64,000 nucleotides of DNA from Callorhinchus milii (taxonomy: Eukaryota). The notes below the pieces were generated by a model. It had not been told where the DNA came from and made no database searches. It worked only from the letters and a program-made list of their open reading frames with translations. A program made the position numbers and the translations under genes. The stretch covers positions 83,330,001-83,394,000 of the forward strand of contig NW_024704742.1 of the NCBI RefSeq assembly GCF_018977255.1, given 5' to 3'. Shown in pieces: positions 37,459-50,900 of this stretch; the stretch's first letter is position 1, and the number at the start of each line of letters is the position of its first letter.

Positions 37459-40399
37459 AAGTATGATAAAACTGTAATACTGTATAAGTATTGTATATAC
37501 TAGAAAAGCATTAACATACAAAAGGACAAAACTCTAAGTCTCATCTGCTCACAAAGAGAAACAAGAAACATATCAGGAGAGTCTTGCAAATGGAAGTTGA
37601 AAATGTGGGAGAGAGCTGAGCCAAAGAAAACAATGAATAATAATAATAATAATCCTTTTGCATTTGATACAGCGCTTTTTACGTCTTCTCGACTTCTCAA
37701 AGCGCTTCACAGAATAGACTGTAAAGGCAATTGACCATATATATTTGTGGGTGAAAAATGAATATCAAAAATGAACTCCATTTAAAAATTCCATTTAATA
37801 CAATAAACCTATACCAATGTTAAGCAGCCTACCATTGATTCAACCTTCTTAGACTAGTAGAAAGTACATGAGTGATACAAAATAGCAGAAGGTGATCGCT
37901 CGAGACTTGTATCTTCAAGTTAACTCAGAGTATACCTATTCCAAAGTCCTCCTGAACATGCAGAACTAGATAATGTTCTTTCAAGCATATATGAAGATTA
38001 TTCCTGGTAGGTGATTTGCATTATCCTCTAGAAATACCAAGCTTACAGACTCAAGATATCACCATCTAGCTCTAATTTTCCCTGATTGACTTTGCTCAGC
38101 GACGGAATAAAACATCCATAAAATAAACAATATTTCTTTTCAACTAAAGCAACAGGAAAATAAACCTTCAGGGCTTATTTCTAGAGACAAATAAAACCCA
38201 AAATAACTGTAGACAAAAGTGACAGCCTTAACTGCATGTCAACTAAGACACAGTGGATCACCGACCAAAGTATGGAGTTCATTATTCCTGCGCACTCATA
38301 TGAGGATCATTAAAATACTGGGATGAAAAATGCAACATTTAATGACATAATTATCACTGTAATATTATTATCATCTGAAAAATAAAAGTACACGAACATA
38401 AGGATAACAATGATGCCTTCAAAATTGGAACCAAGCAAAACAATATTTAAATAACTGGGTTGGTTTCTGCTTGCTCACTGATGTGATGTTCAAACTCTCC
38501 GAGTTTTTAGGGTTGAGCATGCAACAATGGACATGTTCACACAGTTCATATTAATAATCCTTGCATTTGATATAGCGTCTTATGATGTCATTGAGACTTC
38601 ACAAAGCGCTTCGCATAATATACTATAAAGTGTATTTTGTGGGCGAAATGCAGTAGCCAATTTTGCACAGAAGTGTCCCACAAACAGATCATTGAGCAAC
38701 CAAAGCTAGCTTTCCTTCACCAAATCTACTGCTCCACTGCGAGTTTCCAATAACTAAAGTGTGGTTGAGGAGGAAACACATTCCTTACGAAAGCAATTTA
38801 ATTTCAATTATTTGGGATTTAAAAACAATTTGCCCATCCTCGCATTCTGTGACAATGAAAAACGACATCTTATACACCACTGACGCTGAGTGTTGAACAA
38901 AAGCAGCCATTTCAGAGTCTTTGTTCTGCACATCCAAACAGAGCTGAGAAAATTGAAAATAGACTGGATTTTGATTGCAGGTAGCACCTTGTTAGGCCAA
39001 TATATCTCAGCAACCACAAGTTTACTCGGCAACAAAAAAAAACATGACAAATGTTGGCATCCTTTCAAAAAGTCTTTTAGCAAGTTATGCATCTGGCCTG
39101 TGGGCACTAAAGTACAAAACTTCTTGTTACCATTTACAACGATAAGATGAACGATGTCTGTCTGGCGTTCCAGAATACCAGAGCTGGGCATAAAGTGAAA
39201 AGTCACTGTAATAAAATACAAAGATTGAGCAAGCAAGCGTGCCCTTCAGCAGCATGTCCAATTTAAAAAGAAAAGCATTGTAGAATCATAAAGACAGAAT
39301 CAAGTAATTTGGGGGTTGGGAAAAAAGGATTTGTTAAAGTAACTGTACTTGTATAATGCATACAAGCTTTTGATTTCATCTCCGCCTACTTTAATTTACA
39401 GGATGCAACATACAGCAGTCCCTTATAGTATCTGCAAACAAAGCACTATTTAGATATTAAGACATGTATAAGAATATTAGAATATGTCTAAAATAAACTT
39501 GAAACTTTTTTTAAAAAAAGTCTCTTTGTTAATGAGTAAACAGGACAATACAAATTTACATTTATATAAAATCTTTTATGTCAGGAGAACATCCCGAGAT
39601 GCTTGACTGTGCTGGCTTGGCATTTGAACTGGGGGTGGGAAACAAGGGGGTTGGGGAGGGGTAAGATGATTGAAGATGCGGTCAAAGATGAAGGTCTAGA
39701 GAGGTGATACATGCAGGAATGACCAGGAGTGAAAAGGCCTCATCCCACCCCCCCGCTGACCCACACACACGCACACGTTACTGCCGATTTGATGCTGCAC
39801 ACCATCAAATACAAACTGACAACAGTCATGCGTTCCCTTCTTGGTGAGGTAATGCTACTTGAATACAGGCCTGGAAACATCCTGGATTCTTTTAAATTAT
39901 GTCATACATTGCTTGGCTACTCACAATGGCTGATGTTATGAAGCACAGCCTTTCAATGAAGCCAAAAAGTTGATGCAGATTTAATCAGAAAATCAAAGAC
40001 ATTCAGTTCCGATGGTAATATGATGGAAGGATGACAGCTGTTGTCCTCTGCTAAATTGCCAGACACCGCTTGACACTGCTGTTCATCCACATGCATGCAA
40101 AGTCGTTCATTAGACTTGTATGCACAGGACAGGAGTACCGCATGATTTAAAGGAAGAAGCATGGCAAGAATGATCAAGCCAAAACAAATGAGGTGCATCC
40201 AGCATGCTGATCTGAACGTGTTAGTGCTCCAACAAGCCGGACCACCTTGTAAATCTGACAGAGAACGAATCAGTACCCATCAATTCCGTATGTTCATCCA
40301 GGTGAAAATGTATTTCCCCTACCCCAGCCTTAGACATAGCACAGAGACAGGGAATGAGATAGGCAGAGTTAGAGAGACTCAATGAGAAGGAGAGGCATT

Positions 40400-40498
40400 A
40401 GTGAGTGAGTGAGTGAGTGAGTGAGTTAGTGAGTGAATGAGTGAGTGAGTGAGTGAGTGAGAGAGAGAGCGAGAGAGAGAGAGCGAGCGAGCGAGCGA
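40400..40498. repeat. compound microsatellite (GTGA)n-(GA)n-(GAGC)n
   Basis: Directly visible. Confidence 0.95.
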
Positions 40499-43400
40499 AA
40501 GCCAAAGTGAAAGAGAAAAAAACACAAAAAATATTTTATCTGTACCAAATCTGGAGAGTACATTTTTTATGCTAAAAGGGAATATATTAATGAAGCATGG
40601 CAATTAAACTTAAGTTGCAAATGCAAATCAAGTTAAATAGTTCATTTTCAACTCAGTAACTCAGATCCCATAAATCCAAATTGTGCCACACTGAGAAGGC
40701 GTGTTTGTTATACTATACTGGAGGATATATTTTAATAGTATGGTAATTAGGCTTAACTTATATATGTAGATGGAGCCCTTTACAAAACTGTTCTTTGCTT
40801 TGAAACTTAAATGCAGTCAAGCAAACAGGCTAGGTTCCACAATGAATTTCAATTCTCTCCTGATCACAACTCTGCTCACAGTAAATACAGAACACTATAT
40901 CTCTGCCATTGTAGCTGTAGATTTAACTCAGGTTGCAACAGATCCAAAGAAATATAAGGCTTCCTTAATCAGCCTTTTTTTTAAAAAGAAAATGTTAACA
41001 GCAAATACACTGACAGTAAAAAAGGCTTATATTTTGTCTGGGCTATTATTCTGTCTGGCCAAGCCCACTTTCCTCCATCTCTGCAATATCGGGCACCTCT
41101 GACCCTACCTCAACCGTTACATTGTCAGAGAACGACTCTACGATTCACACTTTCGTCACCTCTAGACTTGACATCCTCCTCACTGGTTTTCCCAGCTCAG
41201 CTGTCCACAAACTCCAGGTCAACCAAACTTCCACAGCTCACATACTCTCTTGATCCAGTCTCCACAAGCTGAGCAAATCACTTGCACTCGAGGTTCCACT
41301 GGCTCCCGATCCCCCAGTGGATTGATTTTTAAATTCTCATTCCAACTTTCCATTACCCCCTCCTACCTCTGATCCCCTGATCACTAAAACAAAGCGTAAA
41401 AAATAGTTGACTTCCAGGTTATCAATTCACAGTTGATGTCCCCTCTTGTACTCAGGCGCACTATGCTCAGGAGAAATTGAAAATGCCACTTCCTGCACAT
41501 TGCACATGCATGAACAAGCAGTGCTGCATTATGCCTTCAACGCTTCCTACAATATAGCACGCAGTGTGCAGGAAGGCATTTTAGTGTCAATTCGACGACT
41601 CAGAAAGCAGTCATTTTCCTAAGGAAGTCAAATAGTCAATGCCAGCAGCTGGGTGTACTGTACTTGTCATATAGTGTAGGTCTCCAGTACATCTATAAGC
41701 TGCCCCTCACTAAATCAGGGCATGTTCTAACAGGGTAATTGTTAGAATTTTTAAAAAATTGTTCACTCAATCCATTTTTGTTTGTGGGACACTGCTGTGC
41801 ACAATTGGCTGCCGCGGTTCACCCACAAAATACAGTCAATCCACTTTACAGTATCTTCTGTGAAACGCTTTGATACATCTCAACGACGTGATAAGGCATT
41901 ATATCAAATGCAAGGATTATCAGTATTAAAATAGTTATTCAATAACAAGAAATCAAATCATTGTTTATTTCTGCTTGCCTGCTCGGTCTTCCTCATTCTC
42001 CAATTTCTATTTTTAATAATTTAGCTTTTACGTTATTTTCACTCCACATATCTGTTTCTTTTTTTAAAAAAAAACTTTATTAGCTTGTTTTCCTCTGCCT
42101 CTTGGGTCTCAATATTCAGTGCAGCAGTGGGAACCACATTAAAAAATGTAATTATCTTAAAAACTACTTTCAACTGGATTACTGAGAGAATGGTAAAAGC
42201 CCAAAGATATAATGTCTAATGAAACAACCAACATAGTGAGTCAAATAACCTAGGATTCTGGATTAAAGACTGCTTGCCTACAAGTTCTTAATAGAAAATT
42301 ATATTGCTACAGTTACCTATTCTACTGCATTGCCTGTGTTGAGATCAAACAATCATCACGAACAGCAAGTGAACGTGTTTATGAAATCCAGGACAAGTAT
42401 GATGGGATTAAAATCAAGTACATGGCCAATAGTGTATGGATGTAAACTTTCTGTTAATTGTACTTGGTGGGGGAGGGGGGGACCATATAAAGGACTGCAA
42501 TCAAAGTAAATACGCCAGCAATAAAACATTACAACATATCGCGTTTTGTCAAAGATTAAGCACTTTTTGATACTTGACATGTTACAATGTATGTTGTATT
42601 AATCTGTCAATACTAAAAAATATTAACAGCATTCTGTACGGATTATACAATACATATTGCATAACCTTAGATCACAACAGGATATTACGATTACTTGAGG
42701 GCAGGAGAAACTGGACTTCAAAAACATGGTTGAAACAGAACAAAATGTTATGCTGTTTTCCATTATCAGTCCGCAAGAATTAGTTATGTAAAATGCTTTG
42801 TATAAAAGAAGATAAACTGGTTATAAACTGGGAAATTCAAGGGCTTTATAAGATTTATGCATCTATACAGACGGACAACTTCTATTAATGAATGTTTGAC
42901 CTTAGCTTGTGTCTTATTCTCATCACGACCCTCTCCCTTCCATCAAAGATAAATTCCTCCACAAATCCTCATTTAGCTGGAAACATTGGCAAATAAAACC
43001 TGCCATCTCCTCTACACTTTCTACTAAAACCACTGCTTGAAGAGAGGCTCCTCACTCTGCAGTATGATAGATAGGATGAAGGAAGATTCACTAGCCCAGA
43101 AGGTGAGAAGTGATGAAACTCATCATGATTCAGCTATCCGCAGCCGTCCAAAAGTTTCTATTTTACTGAAATGAGGTCATGCTTTATAGCTAGATGATTG
43201 CTGTAATAAATATAATTTTGAAAAAGTTTTAGAACTGCATATCCATGTTTAGAGAATAATTATTTTTACTGAGAACTGGATTGAGAAAACCTGAACTCAT
43301 TTCAGATTATTGGACCCTCCCAGTATAGCAGTGATAAGCGACGCACATTGAATCAAGAGCTGTTGGATATAAGAAATGTTCAAAGAAGGTAATGTCATTT

Positions 43401-43979
43401 GTTTATTATATGTCAATCCACAACACAGTTTAGATTCAACAGTGCACTTCCACTCTCTTCAACACTCTGCACAGTCCCTGTCCCAGAATCCTTAATGCTT
43501 CCTGTTCATTGGACAATGTCCAATTGCCAATTTAGCCTTAAAGTAATACACAACACATACGCAAACACCCATGCAGTGAGTGACCAATTTTATCTGGTGG
43601 ATTGTTGGCCAAGACGCTAGGAAAAACTCCCTTCTCTTTTCGAACAGTGCCATGGATTCTTTTAACAGCCACGAGAACAGGCTAACAGGACCTCGGTTTC
43701 ACATTTCATCTGCAGGATTACACTTCCGGCAATGCAGAGTTCCCCCAGCACAGCACTGGTGTGTTAGACTATACCATATGAATTAAAAGTCACAATGTGG
43801 GACTTGAACGCACGACTCTGAAGTGAGAGCGCTACCAATTGAGGCAGGCTGACACCAGAATACAAATGGCCTACATCAAAGGACATATTCCCTAGATTTG
43901 TTTGTTTTTCCAGCCTGTGGAGACCCATTTCAACTCTACCTTTATATTGGAAATAAGTTCAGCTGACATTAGCTTCCGT

Positions 43980-44430
43980 AACGTAGATAGATTGTACAGC
44001 ACAGGCATCAGCAATTCGGACAAAGCAGTCCATGCCGGTGTTTATACATCACATGAGTCTTCACCCACTTCTTACTCCCTCATATCTAGCTTCCTGTTAA
44101 ATACATCTATACTCTATACTGCACCTGCTTCAACTACCGTTTCAGGGAGCGAGTTCCACACTCTCTCATGGCCCTCTGCGTGAAGAAATTCCTTCCTCCT
44201 TTTACATCCCTTTGTCACTATCTTATACTTGTTAGAGACTCCCTAACAAATGTGAACAGCCTATCTATAATAACCTTATCAAACCATTTTATAATTATAA
44301 ACACCTATATTAGATCTCTTCTTAAACGTTTCTTCTTTAGTGGAGAAAAGGCTAACCTCTCCAGTTTATCTTGATAGCAGTAAATTGGTATAATTGGCAT
44401 AAACCCACCCTCTACTCCTTCAAAGTGATG
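43980..44430 (-). mobile_element. old CR1 3' fragment
   Basis: gagttccacactctctcatggccctctgcgtgaagaaattcc...tattagatctcttcttaaacgtttcttctttagtggagaaaag on the plus strand is the reverse of the CR1 ORF2 end. Confidence 0.7.
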
Positions 44431-46364
44431 ATGTCAGCACATAGCTCCCAAGGAAAACAACAACAACAACAAAATTACAGTTGTAAAGCGCCTTTCACGT
44501 CAGGAGGACATCCCAAGGCGCTGGACAGACGGAGTTACGGACCTGGGCTGGGGGGTCGGGGTGGGGAAGGGGGGGAAGCAGGGAGATTGAAAGCACGGTC
44601 AAAGAGGAAGGTTTTGAGATGGATCTTGAAGGTGGTAAGGGAGAGGGCGAGGCAGAGGGAAAGTAGTGAATCGGCATAGGGCTGGTCCTGGATGCCAAAC
44701 AGAAAGCATCCAATTTAAGAAAAGTCAGTTTCAGCTGGATACACCAGAGTAGTGGCAGGTTTCAATAGGTTGGTTTTAAAAAAAATGTAGAATGAGGGAT
44801 ACCTCCTTTGAGATTGAATATTTTTTCCATCATCCTTTCACGGTATCTATCTGGAGGGAGTTATTGATACTTTAAGAAGTTCCATTACATATTCCACCCG
44901 TTCTGTTTTAATTAAGGCTATTACGCTTGGCCTAAAAGATTTCACAGAATCAAGCTGCTGGAAGGCAACAAGCAGATTACTGTGTGATATGCTTCAGTAG
45001 CGCAGGGATTTGTTGTAGTTCCGACTGTGTGCTCAGAACTGAGACCAATGACAGGAAAGAAAAAGAGAACAAGAAATGGTGAGCTGCAGGAAACTCAGTT
45101 TCCACTGGCTTCACTAATCTCGCAGCACAAAAATTCTCTATAAATTGCAGTGTATTGTTTGGTTCAGCTCTGTGATGCTCACTGAAGGGGAAGGGCAGAA
45201 ACTGAATAACTTGGACATAATCTTAAAATTGTAATTAAGATGTTTACAAAAACAACAACTTGCATTTATATAGCGACCTTCGCATGGGGTAGTGTCCCAG
45301 AGCATTTAGAAGTGTGCCTCTGGAATGTTAAACTAAAAGCCTCCACATTATAGAGCTTTAGTCAAATATAGGTGTCTTGCTCACAAAGATTCTTACTGGA
45401 ATCTGAACCGAGATGACCTGATCCAAGAACAGACTTCCGATGTGCTCTTTTGAATTCACTCCATTCACATAGCAAATCTGTTTTAAGTGTAGAGTGTTTC
45501 ATTCACTAAACGATTCAGCTATTGTTTTTCAATTGTAACACCTTGCATGGCTTATCTAGGGCATTAATCTTACTGAAAGCTTCTCAGAACCAGAATTTAA
45601 TTCTGAATCAATGATGCATTACAAAAATAAAAAATACTGAAGTCAAAATAAGTAGGTATTAAGTCTATGTAATTAGGAGACGTGGACCGCAAAATTCTTC
45701 TTGTTGTTTAGAGCAGTCACTTTGACAATGTGTAGTTATAATTAATTTTCCTATTCGAAGCACACACTATCAAAGTTGCTATATTTGGCAACAGAGCAAT
45801 ACAGTATAACCCCGAAATAACATGGTGTCTTAAGATTTTCAAAAAATAGATGCTAATTATAATAATCATTGTTGAATTCACTCCCTGCACATTGCATGCA
45901 ATGCTATCTGCAGGAAATGCTACTGATACCACTTTTTGTGTATAGCACATGCAAGATAAGAGCAACCAGCGATGCTGATGTCACTTATTTTGCAAAATGA
46001 CTTCAACGGCAATTTCCTTGCATAGTGCCCAGGCATTACACACAGAAAGCAACAGTGACCTGTTGATCCAGAACACAGACTTTTTTTTAGTCTGTAATAC
46101 CCAGCTTCCAGCATGGATACCAACACAGTCAGTATGCCTCCATGATCATCGCCACTGGCTAAATCAGTGCTGGAAGTTGGGTGTAGTAAATTGGAGCCAT
46201 AGTAAGCTAGGGCACATTCTAATGGTTTGCACTGCATCTTAATTTTACAAAACGGTGACTTTTATTCAGTTCTAAACAAAGCTAGTATATAATTTCAGCA
46301 ACTTTGTGAAAAGCATCAATTAACTGTTTCACATTTTCATAATGAACAGACTAAAACTACTCAC

Positions 46365-46535
46365 AGCGATGTCTTCTGGGTACAGATCATCACTGAATGA
46401 ACCATCGTCAAATATGACTTGATAGAAGGTTTGTGACGAAACTCCCGTGACTCTGCAGCTATAGTATCTTCCATTCTTGTGCTTGGAGATGACCGTCTGA
46501 CCAATCGATAAGTCTTGGAAAAGAGTTTTGTTTTT
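46365..46535 (-). CDS. KDM4C: KDM4C internal exon (Tudor 1), 171 nt, phase 0/0
   Basis: Translates [57 protein letters not shown]. Donor gtgagt. Acceptor is ttttcttaaaaaaaag (AAG), chosen because it keeps the frame and the expected length. Confidence 0.92.
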
Positions 46536-47389
46536 CTTTTTTTTAAGAAAAATAAAAACAAAGGCGTCACCAAAACAACCAACTAGATACAACACTTGCA
46601 TTTACATAGCACCCTTCACTTGGGGTGGCATCCCGGAGTGCTTAACAATGTCACGGTTTGACGCAGAGTCAGGGAGAAAAGGGAGTTTGAAGATGGGCAA
46701 GGAGAGGGCATATTGAGGTAGGGAGTTACAGAGGTTCATGGCATAGTGGCTGATAGCACAGCCACCGCTGGTGGAGCGGAGGTGGACAGTATATTTTACC
46801 GATAATTGGAAGTTAAATCACGAAGCGTTGGCTTTGATAAGGTTACAATAAAACCCACAATTTTTGCAGTTTTGAAACTACTGCACAATTATTCTTCTAG
46901 CGGAAACCTCAGAAATCTCATCATCTACAACGGACCAGTTTAATTGCTTACTAAACTGAAATGCCAAATAAATCCAAGTTGAAAAGCAAGAACCTGAACC
47001 TCAGCAAAGTATTACATTCATTAAACAGTTTATCTCAACATGGATTATTTGTGGGGTGGTGGTGTCTAGGCGCATCTTCTAAGTGAACAGTTTGTGTGAA
47101 ATTAAATTCGTCAGATTCTGTAAAGCACCTTCACTCAGCCTTATAACACAAATCCAATCACTTTGAATCAGTTGATCTAATTCTACACGGACCTTCTCAA
47201 TCAATATTTCAGGCCTGGTTTAATTTACAGCCAGATGGTGCATTACATTTCAAACCTATCCCAATACATACCACACATTTTACCCACTTGAGATTCTGTA
47301 GATAAACTGTGTAATTTAGTCTTTAAATGTTCTTTTCCCCTCAGTGAATCCTAGGAAAAGAAGAAGCTGTAAACAAGTTAAATACTTAC

Positions 47390-47575
47390 TACACTGGGAT
47401 TTGTCTTGTGTCTGAAACATGTGATAAGGACTACATATGGCCAGTCGTCTGGTTCCATTACAACACCTGCTGCATGGGCACAGGTTACGTGGAAGGATGT
47501 TGGACAGCGGCCGTATGAACACTGAATACAAGCACCTGAAGTCTTCTTGGCTCTCTTTCTGCAGAAGACACATTT
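47390..47575 (-). CDS. KDM4C: KDM4C internal exon (second PHD finger), 186 nt, phase 0/0
   Basis: Acceptor tttttcccttccaacag, donor gtaagt. Translates [62 protein letters not shown], matching the KDM4 PHD2 region and closest to KDM4C as I recall it (SYGRCP, TCAHAAG, TCFRHK). Confidence 0.95.
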
Positions 47576-47602
47576 CTGTTGGAAGGGAAAAAGAACATTC
47601 AT

Positions 47603-47958
47603 TAATAATAATCCTTTCATTTGATATAGCGCTTTATCAAGTCATTGCAAAGTCTCAAAGCTCTTCACAGAATATACTGTAAAGTGAATTGACTGTATAC
47701 TTTGTGGGCGAAATGAGCACCCAATTGCACAAAGCAGTGTCCCACAAACAGTCACCAATTTTTTTGTTTTTTTTGATGGGATTATTACCCGCAGAAAGCA
47801 ATCTGCCAATCAACTGATAACCGGGTTCCTACTTAATGCTAGATAAAGAGAGGTGTGTGGAGTAAGGAAACTTGCCTAAGTTTTGCCCTACCCGGGAATT
47901 GAACTCGGGTCCTTTCAGTTGTGAGGCGAGAACACAAACCAATATGCTGCAGCCCTCC
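47603..47958 (-). mobile_element. full-length tRNA-SINE abutting a KDM4C acceptor
   Basis: The tail ends about 27 nt upstream of the exon starting at 47575. Confidence 0.9.
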
Positions 47959-50900
47959 ACATAATAAAAAAACACTTGCATTTCTATATTGCCCTTCAAC
48001 TAGGATAATGTCTTGGAGAGCTTTACAGAGGGGAAAGGATGTGAGTGGTCGAAGAGGTAGGATTTAAGGCAGGACTTCAAGACAGACGGGGGGGGGGGGG
48101 TAAGAAGGAGGGCTAGGGGGAGAAGTTCAGAGGGTAGACATGTAGTATCTGAAGGCTCAGCCAATGATGGAAACTTTTATTCAAAATACACGGGTGACCA
48201 AAAGCTGCCCTAGTTAAGCTCATTTCCCGCCCAATTTATTGAATTTAATGCTGGCAGCAAAATTCATAACTCATGACCTCTTACGATTCAGTATGTTTTA
48301 TGCATATAGCTATGTTGGAAGCAGCAAGGGCCTCGCCCAGCTCCCCCACACAAAAAAAACAATTAATGGCTATCGTTTATTGGATGCATGTACAAGACAC
48401 CTTACAGAAGCCACAAAGAGCAAGCTAAATGTCATCAGCTTAAGCTCCACACAAGCGTTCAAAAATGACTGAATGTTCATCAATGAGACAACATCTCAAA
48501 CAATGTAATGCTGTTGAGAATGAAGAGTTCCAGTATCGAGGCGATGATCCCGAAGTAATACAATGCACTGGCTACATTATCAAAATGCCAGGTGTTTGTC
48601 AATGCATGTTCTCTTCTGGCAGTTGAAACTGGGAAAGGATTGCTTGATTGATAAATGCAAAATGTTTCAAAGATACTCCCATCTGTGCATCAACATTGAC
48701 ACACAGGAGACCTTTGTCATTAATAGAAACTAATGGCAGCAGAGGCAGTGCCAACAATGTACAAACTCCAAGACCCAAAGAATGCAAACAACCCAAGCAA
48801 GCATATTATGTTGTGTGAATACCATCAGGAGCATGATGTGCTAGCAGAAGCTCAGCCTCCAGCTACTTTCATTTGCAATACATGGTTTAATCTGTCTGTC
48901 TTGCATCAAAGCTATCAAGCTGGGGATGGGAGGGTGGGAGGGCTCAATGGCTGTTCAAGCCATTATAATTCCGATGAATATGCAATTAAAGCATGTAGAA
49001 TAGTATGATGACAGACTGCATTGTGAACAATACATTGCGTCATGGGTGGTATGACACACAGCACAGGTTCTTACATGGCAAGCTCCCATAGTGGTTCCCC
49101 AAAGAATGGAGCAAAATGGATTTAAGAAAAAGAATGAGAAGCTCCTGAAAATCTCTCATTGCAGTAATCCTCATGCCCATGTGCTGCCACAAAATCTATC
49201 CCAATAATTTTTTTGTCTTTCAGATCAGGATTGCAGCATACAGGACTTGTAATTAGATGATTAAAGTTGTACTAGATAAGATGACAGCTTACAATAATTA
49301 AACCAAACACCAATCCCAAAAGGATGATTCTACATTGTATGATAATACAAATGCTACATAAAACCTACTGTTTGCTCCAGTTGCTTCACGTCGTTATTAA
49401 TAATAATAATCCTAGGATTTGACATGTCTTATCACATTGTTGAGATGTCTCAAAATGCTTCACGGGGATTACCGTAAAGTGCAGTGACAGTGTATTTGTA
49501 ACCAACCGTGGCAGCCAATTTGCACACAGCAATGTTGCACAAAAAGCCATGCAGTGAGTGACAAGTTTTATTTTGGGGAGCTGTTAGCCAATATACTTGG
49601 ATAAACTCCCTTCTCCTACCAAATAGTGCCATGGGATCTTTAACATTCACCTGAACCGTTGGAATAGGATCTTGGTTTAACATCTCAGGATATGTCAGAC
49701 CTAACTGTGAGTTCAAAGTCAAATATATTTATAATGAGGATTTGGTCTGATCTTCAAGACCCCTATTATTGACATAAAGAGTCTATTCGGCTACATAACG
49801 ATAAAATGGAAGAATGTCTAACTACTTTGTGGAGTAATTTACTGTTGGGATGACCTAGTGTTGGGACAACCTAATCCTTAAATTTCTGTATAAGTGAAAA
49901 ATCAATGGAGAGAGCTTGTAGCTCATTAAAGCATTTAGCTGATGTGAAAGCTAAGAACTGGCTGTTTTCCAAATGACAATCTTTATGCTACATGTCACTG
50001 CTGGTTCAAGTAGATAGATATAACATAAATTTGGATCCCACCCAAGTCAGATTCCATGCTGGAAGAATAGATTTAATTTGTGCTTGTAAAAGAGGGGTGG
50101 GATGCAAGTCTTAAATGGACAGATTAACAAGGCCCTGTTAATAAAAAACCCTACAATTTGGTGAAAACCTTGATGAAACTAGTTTTAATCTGCAATCATA
50201 AATGTCCTGAAGATATGACATAAGGTCAGGGAGAAAAGATTATAGAATTAATGGTTGTCTCATAACAACGGTTATTGATCATCTTCACTTTGTGTCGGGG
50301 GAAGAGATGCAGTTGAACTATGAAGAAATACCTTTATGGTTTGCAACAAGTTGGAGAAACTGAGTAGGATATGCTTAGCTGAAAGAGGGACAAGGACTTT
50401 GACAGATATTTTTCCTCTCACAATGGAGCCAGTCATCGTGGATTTCTTATCCAGGTAAGAGGTGGCGATTAAGAAGCGATGTGAAGAAGAAAATTCCTTC
50501 CATTGAAAGGGAATTGCATCGATAACAAATCTGACAACTCAATAGAAATAAGACATCTGTTCAATTTATGGATGCTAACTAACGCTTTACTTCTATTGTT
50601 TTTTTAATGATACCCAGATGGATTATGAACACATCACTGCTCAAACATTTTAGATCAAAAACTGGCTATTTCTCTCTTTCTCTCTCTCATTCTTTCATTT
50701 CAGAAAGCCATCTGAGCGGAAGCTATTTCTCAGAAACGTGCAGAGCAGCCGTTACCCCATTTGGTAATACACGCTGAAAGATGCTGACAAAGCTTTTGAA
50801 TTTACAATGCAAGAGTTTGTTTTTGAAAATGGCTGAGACATGATTTCTGGTACCCAAGAAGCTGTCCAGTCTTGGGAATAATCGTGATACGTTTCCCCAT

